Both the position numbers and the translations under genes were made by a program. Positions 1 through 12,100 of a DNA stretch of 64,000 nt are shown here, in pieces (within the stretch, counting starts at the first letter, position 1; the number at the start of each line of letters is the position of its first letter). Location of the stretch: assembly GCF_006345805.1 (NCBI RefSeq), contig NC_043013.1, positions 55,862,001 through 55,926,000 of the forward strand. Direction: 5' to 3'. Under the pieces are notes generated by a model. It searched no databases. It was not told the DNA's origin and saw only the letters and a list, made by a program, of their open reading frames with translations. The stretch is from Octopus sinensis (lineage: Eukaryota).

Positions 1-101
1 GACGTATCACTGTATTTAAAAATATCTCATATATTTTATTTCGTTTTTATATTTGGTTTGCAAGATTCTTTATATGAGTTCGTGTGTTAAAGCATATTCT
101 A

Positions 102-294
102 TTGTGTCTGGGGAGAGTCCTTTTCTTTTTGTGCCTTATAATGTAACACAGTCACCAAGAGAGTCAAAACTAGTTAAGGTTGCAAAATGCAATGAAAATT
201 TTAGGAAAATAAAAATAAGAAAAAAGTGGATATTTTACTGGTGAGTTTGTTACATTATAAGACACAAAAAGCAAATGACTCTCCCCAGACACAA
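102..294. mobile_element. Foldback / MITE-like element with about 56-bp imperfect terminal inverted repeats
   Basis: 102-157 (ttgtgtctggggagagtccttttctttttgtgccttataatgtaacacagtcacca) matches the reverse complement of 239-294 with about 5 mismatches; 81-bp spacer; no ORF. Confidence 0.7.
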
Positions 295-425
295 CATCAT
301 ATATTTTAAGATTCTTCAAAATTGAAAAGAAACACATTTAGAACAGATTCAGACGTTATGCATCTCCTTTTACTTATCCTCAACATTTTAATATTCATAG
401 TCCTATCAGTCATCAGTTTTCAACA

Positions 426-427
<2 letters not shown>

Positions 428-463
<36 letters not shown>
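428..463. repeat. (CT)n microsatellite
   Basis: Perfect TC dinucleotide run. Confidence 0.95.
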
Positions 464-467
<4 letters not shown>

Positions 468-844
468 TCTCTTTCTTTTACCCTTTGCTTTTCTTCTTCC
501 TCCGCCCCCCTCTCTCTATCTGTCTTGTTGGTGATTCACTCTCTCGCTAAGCATCAATAAATGGAACAATGATTCACTTTGACCAAAGGAATATAACAAG
601 TAAATTGAGTGTTAAGAGTTTGGGGATGAAACAGTGAGCAGAATAAGCCGTTGAGATTTTGGATATTGCTAGGTTTAATGAGGAAGTCTATATTGGGATG
701 GGGTAGTGGAGTGTGGGTGGGGTTTGTAGTTGTGTTTGGAGAGGAAATATCTGGAGAAAGAAGAAAGATCTGAAGAGTGTTACGTCCCCTCTAGGAGCAA
801 AGACTGACTGCAGCTTCTGAAATTTCTTATGATTCATATCCCTT

Positions 845-1030
845 GTTGTTGTTTCTATGCAAATTATTTAGCCCTAGGCCAAACCCTGCTCAAACAGATC
901 AATGATGAAAAGATATACAAGCTGTGATCATTGCTTTTTCTTTCTAAGGTTTTCATAGAATTACATTACTTAACATAGTAGGGTATCATTTTATTTTATG
1001 GAATTTGGTTGCTATTTCTAGCAAGGTGAC
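845..1030 (-). mobile_element. Short interspersed repeat with (AAC)n tail (family with tgctagaaatagcagccaaat head motif)
   Basis: Ends ttggttgctatttctagca and starts ttgttgttgttt...tttagccctaggcc. Related decayed copies at about 3210-3380 (-), 30421-30590 (+), 30850-30960 (+), 37625-37880 (+), 61745-61930 (-). Confidence 0.55.
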
Positions 1031-2703
1031 CAACTATAAGGTTCTGTCTTTCTATGCTTCTGGTGGAAGTAGTAAACAGGGATCTTTTGAATCAGTTGGG
1101 TTTACTTGAAGAACAAGGATAGGATTCTCTCCTCTCCTGAACTAATATGCCAGGTCAGGTTAGGCATGGGGACATGCGTTGTTGCTGTACATTGCTGCAG
1201 TCAACATTAGTCAGTATTTGCTGGGATCATCCCAGGCAATCCTCTGAGCAGTGTCCCAGTTAGTCCCCTGGTCTGGGAATTACCACTTCATCAGCTGCGA
1301 TCATATGACATGTGATCATGTGACAGTTGTGACATGTGGCCTATCTCCTTAGCCAGATCCTCAGAGCTTTCTCCTTGTTGTGTGATTGGTATTAATTAAA
1401 TATTACCAAATTCACTGCCCCAAATGTAAGTTTTAATAAAATAAAAATCTTTCTTTGCCTGAGAATGGGAATGTCTGGCAAAAGAGCTGAGAATATTAGC
1501 AGCTGACAGATTATTGGATTTGAAATGCTGCCGAGGAAGAGTAAAGTGTTATGTCAAAGGGTGGTAGAGAGATAGCAGTGATAAACAAAATATTATTGAT
1601 GAAGAAAAGAGAAAGTGTCAATGAGATAATAGACTTTATTTTAGTTTACTCCAACAAGTTGAGTTAAGTAGATAATGATATCAAAGTAAATGACAGGGAA
1701 TAAACTAGCTTTTGTTGATACAAAGCTCCAAAAAGAAGCCAAGATGGCAGCTAAATTATGACAAACAAAAGAACTCTAACAAAAGACAAGTGACGCTTTT
1801 AGATTTGATATTTATCACCTTATGAATTTTTCATAACTTTAAATGCCAAATCATTTCCAAAACCAAGAAATTAGAATAAATTTGCTGTAGTCCACTTTTC
1901 TTTGCAGTAATTCTTTTACCATATTTCCTGTCTGTCATATTTCTAGTCCACACTAACATTCTTTTCGCCTCCAGGAATTTCATGGATACAAACAATAGAA
2001 ATTACCAGTCACAGAATACATAAATATTGCTGTATTTTTCGGTGATACAATTGAACTAGAAGCATAATGTAATATATAAACATAATTCAAGTATATGGAA
2101 GTTTTGGAACTGGCTTATTGGAATCAAAAATGCAATGCTTCAGTTTCACATCAATTGATCTGTTAGCACCACTTATAAATATTGTCAACGCAATCCAGTG
2201 TTTGCAGTTTTATTTTAACAGAACTAACAACACTTGTGAAAAACAGAATATATCCTTCACATAATTATACTCGGTGTAGATCTGCCAATAAAATTTCTTT
2301 TGAATTTCAATGCTGCAAATCAATAAAACCTACCAAAACTAAAAGAGGCACCTTGCAATGTTTCCCTTCATATTCTGAGAATAAAAATAAAAGGAAAACA
2401 AATCCATGTTTTTACACTATAAAGTTTTGATGTAATTTGAGAAGAGCCTAAAGGGGAAGTTGTCAAAATTTACTTCAAGAAATATAGTCTAAACAAATAG
2501 AAGAACCCAGTTTTCCACAAAATTACGGCGATAATAACAACAACAACAACAACTGTGTGAAGCAAAACAGTTGAAAACTCTGCCTAAAATTAGATAAAAT
2601 TAGATTAGAATTAAAGTATTTTTTTAAAATCTGGTCATGTATAATCAATTCTCACAATGAAAAATATACTAAAAAAGCGAACATTTTTGATTTTATTTAA
2701 TAA

Positions 2704-3096
2704 CTAGCAGTATCGCCCGGCGTTGCTTGGGTTTGTTTCGAACTTTTAGAATTGGAATTTTTGAAACATAAAAATTTTGGATTATGTAGCTTGTTATTCT
2801 TTTTAAGTGAACATTTTTGTGGTTGAAATACGTCAAAAAATAGCGATACAGCAGTAAAAAAAATCGTAAAAAATAGGGATTTTCATAGAAAAAACGCACC
2901 TTTTTGGTGTAAATAATTTTTGTTGTTAACATGGTCCGATTTGAATTATTTTTTCTTCAGAAGGAAGAGCAAGCCTTCTTCTATCATACTCTCGTTTTTG
3001 GTCAACTTGCACCGCAGGATCTTGGAGAAGATAGTGTTAGTTGAAGGCTACCAAACCTGCCATACACAGACAACTTCAGCTTTATATATAGAGAGA
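2704..3096 (-). mobile_element. Non-autonomous Helitron, 393 bp, both termini present
   Basis: Minus strand starts TC (3096-3095) and ends cccaagcaacgccgggcgatactgCTAG (hairpin + CTAG, 2707-2704). It sits between A (3097) and T (2703) with no TSD. Confidence 0.8.
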
Positions 3097-3454
3097 TTTA
3101 GTCAATGGGGAAGCAAAATTATAAACTTGCCTGCTTCAGAGGGGTAGAGAAAGTTGGCTGATCCTAAAACAGTCTGTGTTCACTTTTAATATTGGAAGAT
3201 TATTATTGCTGTTGTCATCATTGTTTAGGCCCAGATTGATTCTTCTTAAACAGGTTTATGATGGAATGAATACCAGTTATGACAATCTCGGGTTATTATG
3301 AGTATCTAGGAGTACATTTAATAATGTGTTGAGTTTACTTTTTCAGGCAATAAGGGTGTTTTTTTAGGGATATTTAGCTACTATAATGTCTCTCTGAGAA
3401 AACAGAGAGGAATAGGAAAAATGAAGTTTTAAAAGAAACCAGCTGCAAGAAAAG

Positions 3455-4215
3455 ATTGCGTTAAAATTTTGGCACAAGGCCAGCAATTTTGGATGAGGAG
3501 GTAAATCAAATACATCAACCCCAGTGTTGGATTGACATTTTATCAACCACGAAAGGGTGAAAGGAAAAGTCAAGTTTGGCAGAATTTGAACTCAGAGCAT
3601 AAAGGCAAAAAGCTGTAAAGCATTTTGCCAGCATGCTAATGATTCTGCCAGGTGACTGTCTTCAGGAAAACAAATATTAAAACATATTTTGTGTAGCTTT
3701 TAAAGAATGACATTCACTAAATGACAGAAAAGAGGGAAGAAGGACAAGATGACCGACCAAACTCTTCACACTCCTTAGTATATACCTTAAATGCACTTCC
3801 ATTGACTTGAACAGTTCTAGTTTTGGAACATTTCAGATCTTGGCATGAGGTCAGCAAGTGTGAGGGAGGTGGTAAGGTGATTGCATCGACCTTAGTACTC
3901 AACTCGTACTTATTATGTTGGAATTTGAACTCAGAATGTAAAGACATATGAAATGCCGCTAAACATTTGGCTGGTCTGCTGAGAATTCTGCCAGCTCACA
4001 ACTTTTGTAACAAATAATATAAACAAGGATTTCAAATTTTACCACAACACCAAGAATTTCAAAGGAGCAGGTAAGAAGATTACATTGACCACAGTGCTAA
4101 ATTGGTACTTATTTTATTGGCCCCAAGGGAATCAAAGGCAAAGTCGACCTTGGTGGATTTTGAACTCAAAGTACAAAGATGAATGAAATGCCAGTAATGA
4201 TTCTGCCAGGCATTT
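3455..4215 (-). mobile_element. Cluster of three same-orientation tRNA-derived SINE copies (Meta/Sauria-like central domain)
   Basis: Repeated blocks aattttggcacaaggccagc...ccccagtg...aaagtc.ac.t.gg.gga.tttgaactcag...attctgcca at about 3455-3660, 3835-4000 and 4085-4215. Sense strand shows a B-box-like gagttcaaattc and a ctttcatcc...ggggtcgataaaataagtacc-type core. Confidence 0.65.
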
Positions 4216-4666
4216 TGAAGATAATTATGTCTTACTTCCACATCCCCCGATGTTGTTACAACTCCGTCCACATTATTACTCATAGGCCAAGGCTGTCAGT
4301 TATTTCATACATAACTGTACGATTCTTATTCAATAGCACATTGTTTCACTGCAAATCTCAAAGAATCACCTCAGTAACGTACTTAGAACTAAAATTAAAA
4401 CAAAGCTATTAGACATTATGTGTCAGTGTGGGCAGCAAAATGAAATGGATTGGGGCTTTTATTGCAGCTTCATCTCTTCTGACTTCATTCCCCAACTGAC
4501 GTCAACTTTAGCTTTCATCTTTCTGGTACCTATACACAAAACCTATGTATGTGTATTCGTATACAATATATGTATGTATGTATGTATGTACACAATATAT
4601 ATATGCGTGTGTATATCTATATCAATGTATATACACACATACACACACACACACACACGCACACAC

Positions 4667-5037
4667 TCTTTTACTCTTATTTGTTTCAGTCATTTGACTG
4701 TGGCCATGCTGGAGCACTGCCTTTAGTTGAACAAATCAACCCCAGGACTTATTCTTTGTCTCTTATTCTATCATTCTCTTTTACAGAACTGCTAACTTAC
4801 AGGGACATAAACACATCAGCGTTGGTTGTCAAGCGATGGTAGGGGGACAAACAGAGACACATAAACACATACACATATGACGGGCTTCTTTCAGTTTCCA
4901 TCTACCAAATCTACTGATAAGTCTTTGGTCAGCCCAAGGCTATAGTAGAAGACACTGACAAAATGTGACATGCAGTGGAACTGAACCAGGAACAATTTGG
5001 TTGGTAAGCAAGTTACTTAACACACAACCACACCTGT
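4667..5037 (-). mobile_element. tRNA-derived SINE with CORE-like motif (octopus OR-like), near full length
   Basis: Reverse complement reads ggtgtggttgtgtgttaag...ggttcagttccactgcatg...gtgtcttctactatagccttggg...ggaaactgaaagaagcccgtc, then microsatellite, then ccagcatggccacagtcaaatgactgaaacaa. Confidence 0.8.
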
Positions 5038-5414
5038 TAACCTACAAATAAACTGTATGTATACAATATATACGTATGTGTGTGTGCATGTATGTACACA
5101 ATATATATGTATGTATATATATATATATATATATGTATACACACACACACACACACACTAATATTGAACAATAAAAATTAGTGCTCAACATTATATTGGG
5201 GAATAAATATTGCTTATTTGTGGGTTGACAAGGCTACCATTGGTTTCATGTTGTGAAAAATTTCTCTGTAATTATCAAACATGAAAGGTTGGTGCCTGTC
5301 TCCATTTTGGACAAGAACACACATAACTAAATGTGACTTTATTGAATTTTGTGATAAATTACTAAAAATACAGATCATGGGAGATCAATGGGAGCCTTAA
5401 TAGCCTATAAACTC

Positions 5415-5446
<32 letters not shown>

Positions 5447-5452
5447 CATAAA

Positions 5453-5488
<36 letters not shown>

Positions 5489-5699
5489 AAATTAAATATT
5501 TAAGGATATGTTTCTAGTAGTAAGCCGATAAAGTATGTTCTCTGCCTATGGCTACCTGATGTCACCCATGGTATTTATACAATTGTTGCTGGATCTACAT
5601 CAGGAATTCCTCAGTGTATGCAGAGTGCATAACAAATGATAAAGAGGGAAAATGAAATATATGAGAAACTTTACTGCTCACAACGATTTTCCATTTGTA

Positions 5700-5945
5700 T
5701 CATTTGTTTTATATATACATATATAACCCTAACCCATATATATATATATGTATGTACCCATGTGTGTATCGTTAGCGATTTTCTTCCCCCGTCTTCCTTT
5801 CCTTTGGACTTTCCTCTATTTCTGAGGAAGAGCTTGGCTCAAAACGTTAAATCCTCTTTCCTCCCTTTCCTGAGCGTCTGATAATACAGTACTTGTACCA
5901 CGTTCTCGCATTATTGTTTTTTCTTGTTTGTTCTTCTTTGTTTGG
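5700..5945 (+). mobile_element. (TA)n-embedded short repeat with decayed minimal hammerhead-like motif
   Basis: ATTT-CTGAGGA-A-GAGC-ttg-GCTC-AAAA-CGTT-AAAT at 5818-5852; flanked by (TA)n on both sides. Confidence 0.55.
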
Positions 5946-5949
5946 ATTC

Positions 5950-5989
<40 letters not shown>

Positions 5990-5990
<1 letters not shown>

Positions 5991-6590
5991 TCATCATCAT
6001 CATCATCATCGTTTAACGTCCGCTTTCCATGCTAGCATGGGTTGGACGGTTCAACTGGGGTCTGGCAAGCCCGAAGGCTGCACCAGACCAGTCAGATCTG
6101 GCAGTGTTTCTACAGCTGGATGCCCTTCCTAACGCCAACCACTCCGAGAGTGTAGTGGGTGATTTTATGTGCCACCGGCACTGGTACCACAAGGATACAA
6201 ATTCCATTGATGTTCATCTATTTTGATTGGTTTGATTTGATTCGATTTGACTTCGATTTGACTTTCACTTGCCTCAACAGGTCTTCACAAGTGTCACAAG
6301 CAGGAAGGTATGCACAGGTGGACTGACTACGTCCCAGGTAGGGGCCATGGGTTATGGCTTCACTAGTCTTGCTGGGTCTTCTCACGCACAGCATACTTCC
6401 ATAGGTTTCGGTCTCTAGTCATTTCCATGGTGAGACCTAACGTTCGAAGGTCGTGCTTCACCACCTCGTCCCAGGTTTTCCTGGGTCTACCTCTTCCACG
6501 GGTTCCCTCAACTGCTAGGGATTGGCACTTTCTCACACACCTATCTTCATCCATTCTCGCCACATGACCATACCAGTGCAATCGTCTCTC
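5990..6590 (-). mobile_element. RTE-clade LINE, 3' fragment (ORF end + 3'UTR + (GAT)n tail)
   Basis: ORF 6363-6581 HWYGHVARMDEDRCVRKC...GRGRPRKTWDEVVKHDLR matches the C-terminus of the longer copies; (CAT)n at about 5990-6009. Confidence 0.9.
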
Positions 6591-8129
6591 TCTCTATATA
6601 TATATACACACACATGCCCTCAGACAAGTGCCTGCCAAAGTTGTCTTCTTCACAGATGTGGAACACAGTCACCCAAATGCTTTTTCTCTCTTCTCAAGTC
6701 TATAAACTTAGAGTTGCAACGACCAATGTTAGTACAATGAAAGTTGTTACAATGAAATGTTAAAATACTTTGTTTACAAAATATTCCTTGCAATGGATTT
6801 GCAGAAAATCATATTTTGTTGGTGTTGTAATATTTTGTTCCGAAGTATTTGGAGCTTATGTGTAATACATTCTTTAATATTGAGCATTAGATTTATGATT
6901 ATCAAAAGAAAGGCTGTATTTAATCATGCGTAAAGCAATGATAGAGGAATTGGTGCCATACTGGACATGTCTTTGGACAATCAAAAGAACAGCAGATGAA
7001 TATTCATTATGGAATTTAACAGGAAACTGTCAAAACAAAACCTCAAGTAATCTCCAGAGAATTCCCTGTCTTTCTTTCACAAATAAATGATCCACTTCAT
7101 TCTGAGTTTTGCATAAAAGCTTTGCTTTCGCATTTGACTTTAATGAAACTTCTGATAATATATAGTACGCAGCTTTTCTATAGTCATCACCAAAGATATA
7201 TAGAAGAATACCATTCTTCTTGCTTTTCTGAAATCGTATAGAAATTTCATTTTCTGTTTGTGAGGATTATTTATCAGCCATTTCTATACAAGAAAGTCTT
7301 ATATAAATAATTTTGCAATATAAAGGTTTTTCTGTTATTGCAGCTGAAGTTGTTTCAGGAAGCATATCTCATGCATTTAGAATGCTAACATCTTCCAATA
7401 AAAATTAAGTCTTTTACTGTAGGCTGTGTCTTTAAATGAAGAAATTCATGCTATTAATACTAATTGCTGGAATGCAATAAATTTCTTAAACCTCATCACT
7501 TTTATTGGAAGGTTAATACCAACCAAAAGAAAATCCAGTCATAGATTGTCATAAATGTAATATGCTTCTCACCAAATGTTTTAACAGCTTAGCATAAATA
7601 TTATTTTAAATCAACTGTCATCTAGTTGATGAAACAAGGAGAAGCTGTGAAGGCTACACCAGTATGAAGCTGGTATTCCTTTTCACTTGAGTAGATTGGA
7701 GCTGTGGGAAATGCCTTCCTCAAAGACTCACTTTCTGGCCCAGGAAGCAAATATATACATTTTTGGTCATGAGTCCGTCCTCTTAATGATTTTTAATATG
7801 TGAGTATTCTGAACCACTTTTGCATTAATCTTACCAAGTGCATCTGTAAAATGTTTGGATACCGCCTCACTTTTTGAGATTAAAATGTAAAAAAAGAAAA
7901 TTGAAAAATAATGAAAAATCTCCACAGAATTTAAGGATTACAAGCTAAGATAAAAAGATAAAAATAGCATGCGAGCATTTTATTTTGAAGTTCAAAAATT
8001 AATATTTTGTGCAAAACTTAAAAAAGGCTTTAGAAGACATTTTTACTAATTTAGTGTCACTGTATTTATTAATCATTTTATTACTACATTATTAATTAGG
8101 TGTGACAATAACAGCTGTGGGTTTGATAT

Positions 8130-8310
8130 ATATATATATGATTGACTGCTAACTCCAAAAGTTATTTTATTCTCTCTCTGTTTATTTCCTCATGTTCCTT
8201 TCTGTTGAAGAGCATAGGCTCGGAATGTAAATGACTTTCTTGTCTTCCCGAGTGTCAAACTAATACACCTGTCTTCGTCTTTTGTTTTTCTGTAAATTTC
8301 AACTACACAC
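8130..8310 (+). mobile_element. Short microsatellite-flanked repeat with heavily decayed hammerhead-like motif
   Basis: CTGTTGA-A-GAGC-atag-GCTC-GGAA-TGTA at 8202-8229; same GAGC/GCTC stem as 5830-5840; lies between (TA)n and (CA)n. Confidence 0.4.
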
Positions 8311-8599
8311 ACACACACACACTGAGTGAATCAAAATACACTATCTTTCTTGGTTACTTAGTGCCTTACAAAGTCAATAGAAAACTTGAAGGTATTCACC
8401 CAAATACTCTGACAATTTATAAACTTTAACCGTTGCAAGGTTTAAGATTTATTTAATGAATTTTAATATCTAATTGATGTCTTACTAGTAAAAACTTAAA
8501 AGAATCAACTTTTCTTTCCATCCTTTAGAAGTAAACTACTGTGGTTGTTGTTATTAACTGTACAACAGACTTCATCCTTAAAATATTCCAAAACCAAAA

Positions 8600-9149
8600 A
8601 ATGAGGCAGGATTCACAAGAATGTTCTAAAAGGATTATAACTTAAATACTTGGAAAGTCATAAAGTTTTACAGTGAAGTAGCTGCTCAGGAACAAAACCA
8701 TTAGGATAAACTTAATGAATATGAAGATTAATAAAACTTAGTCAGCAAACACAGAATCTGTGAAAAGGGGGATGAAAGTGTAAATCATCTCTTAAGAGAT
8801 TGCAGTAATCTAACAGGAAAAGAGTGTAAAGCACAGGCATGAATCTGTTGGTAACAGACTGCATTAGGATGTTAACTGTGTGTATGAATTCAAAGTAGCA
8901 GAAAAATGGTGTGAATATAAGTCAGGGGTTGTGAAGGTGAATGGTGTCTAGATGAGTTTAAGAGATAACTGTAGAATTTCTGAGACCACAACTACTGAAA
9001 CAAAAAGACCAGAAAAAAAGAAATAAACAATGTAAGATTGTAATCTTTGCAATGCCAAATGGTAATAGAGTGGATGCTAAAGAAATCTGAAAATTTGAGA
9101 AATATCAGGATCTAACAAGAGCGAGGAACAAATTGTAGAAGACAAAGAT
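8600..9149 (+). mobile_element. Decayed R4/Dong-like non-LTR retrotransposon (zinc knuckle + restriction-like endonuclease region), 5' part
   Basis: Hand translation across frameshifts: VAAQEQ..IRINLMNMKINKT*SAN, HRICEKGDESVNHLLRDC (knuckle with first Cys decayed), RHESVGNRLH*, EKWCEY, KRPE, CKIVIFAMPNGNRVDAKEI*KFEKYQDL. This is the motif order of RLE-type R4-clade ORFs. Confidence 0.7.
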
Positions 9150-12100
9150 AAGGTCATAGAGGTTGTCAGGGTTTGCGATAGAGTGCTTAAGCTCAGGTTG
9201 GTCCTACAGAGTGGCACAGCTACGATTATCTCCGCCTATGCCCCACAAGCAGGACTACCAAATGATCAGAAGGACCACTTTTATGATACCCTTCTACAGG
9301 CTACTTCAAAGACTAGTGGCAAGGACCTCATCTTTGTGGGTGGAGATTTTAATGGGCATGTTGGGCGGGAATCGGGTATCTTCACTGGGGTACATGGTGG
9401 CCGTGGTATTGGCACCAGAAATGATGAGGGAACTAGACTACTGGAATTCTGTGATGCATGTAACCTTTTAATCTGAAACACTAACTTCAAGAAGCCTGAC
9501 TGTCACCTTATAACCTATCAGTCAGGAGACTCCGCTAGCCAAATAGACTTCATCCTCACCAGACAGCGGGATGCAGGGTCGCTCTTGAATACAAAGACCC
9601 TCCCGGGTGAAGAATGTATCCCTCAGCATAGACTAATCATCAGTGACTTTAAGCTTGAGGCCAGAAGGACTCCAAGAAACAGACCAATCCAGAAAAGAAG
9701 GATTTGGAAGCTAAAGAACCCTTCACATGGTCAGAGATTTAGGGACATACTCATCAAGAAATTTGATGAGAGGGAGGAGGAGCTTCAGACGTCAGACATA
9801 GAAGGTAGCTGGGAATTCCTACGGGACAGCTTGCTGAGTGCCACAGACCGAGTCTGTGGATGGTGCAAAGTCCCTTCCAGACCTAGAGTTACGTGGTGGT
9901 GGAATAGTGCAGTAGACAAAGTCATTAGTGCAAAGAGACGGGCCTGGAAAGCCTGGAGGGATGGGGGCAGCAGGGAACTGTACCAGGTAGCCAAAAGAGA
10001 GGCTGGGCGGCAGGTATACATAGCCAAAGATGTAGCAGAAAAGAAGAAGTTTGCCAATGCCTAGCGACGTGAGGACCAAAGAGCTGAGGTATTTCGGATT
10101 GCCAGACAGTGTGTCAGAGAAAATAGTGATGTTACAGGAGAGAAATGTGTCCGCATGTATGATGGGGCACTTGCTTTTACTGTTAGTGAAAAGAAAGAGG
10201 CTTGGAGAAGCCATTATGAAAGACTGCTGAATGAGGAGAATGAATGGGAGGAGGAGAGCCTGCCAAATGTTGACCCAGTAGAAGGACCAGCTACCCGAAT
10301 AGACAGCTCCCTTGTAGATAAGGCAATTAAGGATATGAAACCAGGTAAAGCCCCCAGCCCATCAGGAATCACTGCTGAGATGCTTAAAACAGCTGGCTAT
10401 GTGGGCTATGGCCTAGTCACCCGCATTGTAAACCAGGTAGTTCATAATGGAGTCATACCCAATGACTGGCATAGCAGCACCATAGTCAACTGCTACAAGG
10501 GTAAGGGTGATGCTCTAGATAGAAATAACTACTGGGGTATCAAACTGTTGGATCAGGTGATGAAGGTCACAGAGAGGGTCATAACCTATCTCATTAGGGA
10601 GAGAATTTGCTTAGATGAAATGCAGTTCGGTTTTTTGCCGGGTAGGAGCACCACTGATGCTATATTCCTGGTCCGACAACTGCAGGAGAAGTACCTAGCT
10701 AAAGATAAACCCCTCTACATAGCTTTTGTGGACTTGGAGAAAGCCTTTGACAGGGTTCCCCGTTCCCTTATCTGGTGGTCGATGCGGAAACTGGAGATTG
10801 ACGAATGGCTAATAAGGGCTGTACAGGCTCTATACAGAGAGGCTGTCAGCAAGGTTAGGATTGGCAACGAATATAGTGAAGAATTCCAGGTAGAAGTAGG
10901 TGTGCACCAAGGCTCAGCCCTCAGTCCCCTTTTATTCATCATAGTCCTCCAGGCAATAACAGAGGAATTCAAAACAGGATGCCCCTGGGAGCTCCTCTAT
11001 GCTGATGACCTGGCTCTCATAGCAGAATCACTACCGGAACTAGAAAAGAAATTTTGGGTGTGGAAGCAAGGGTTAGAATCAAAGGGCCTTAGAGTAAATG
11101 TAGCAAAGACCAAAGTTATAGTAAGCAGAAAGGCGAACTCAGCACACACCCCCTCGGGCAGGTGGCCCTGCTCGATCTGTAGGAAAGGTGTAGGTAGAAA
11201 CTCCATAAGATGCACCCAATGTAAGCTATGGACGCACAAGAGGTGCAGCAACATTAAAGGGAAATTAACAGATAAGATAGCTTTCATGTGCGGCAGATGC
11301 ACAGGGACAATAGACACCACAGACACTCAGAAAACAGATTCCATCACACACTAGGGAGAGAAACTAGAAGTAGTTGATAGTTTCCGCTACCTGGGTGACC
11401 AAGTTAGTAGTGGAGGTGGATGCACAGAGAGTATCACCACTAGAATATGAATAGCCTGGGAAAAGTTCAGAAAGCTCCTACCCCTACTGGCGACAAAGGG
11501 TCTCTCCCTCAGAGCGAAAGGTAGATTGTATGATGCATGTGTGCAAACTGCCATGCTTCACGGTAGTAAAACATGGGCTGTGACTGCAGAGGACATGCGT
11601 AGACTTGAAAGAAATGAAGCTAGCATGATCCGCTGGATGTGTAATGTCAGTGTGCACGCACGACAGAGTGTACTGAGAGAAATGCTGGATATAAGAAGCA
11701 TCAGATGTGGTGTGCAAGAGCGACGCTTGCGATGGTATGGTCATGTGCTGCGGATGGATGAGGAGAGATGTGTGAAGAAGTGCCACTCCCAAACAGTTGA
11801 AGGTATCAAGGGGAGAGGTAGACCCAGGAAGACATGGGATGAGGTAGTCAAGCATGACCTCAGAGCGTTGGGCCTCACTGAGGCAATGGCGAAGGACCGA
11901 GATCTCTGGATATATGCTGTGACTGCAAAGACCCGGGCTGCTTCCTGCATCAGTTCCACATAGCCCCTACCCATTCAAAGTACCCCGGATCCCAGAACGT
12001 CCCACTGTGCTTGAGGAGACCTGTTGAGTCAAGTACATGAACATGAATGTCGAAATAAATATCAATGGAAATAGTAGTTATGATGCCTGTGCTGGTGGCA

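Noticed and set aside
6890-7400. Protein-like open stretches with plausible splice acceptors (e.g. ETVKTKPQVISREFPVFLSQIND..., EVVSGSISHAFRML...)
   Set aside because: No recognisable family and no convincing donor/acceptor pairs; cannot be supported without RNA-seq or homology search.
9474-11450. Idea that RTE nonsense codons could be rescued by A-to-I editing
   Set aside because: Editing would give Trp, whereas the sister copies show Cys, Leu, Gln and Arg-type codons at these sites; these are ordinary point mutations.
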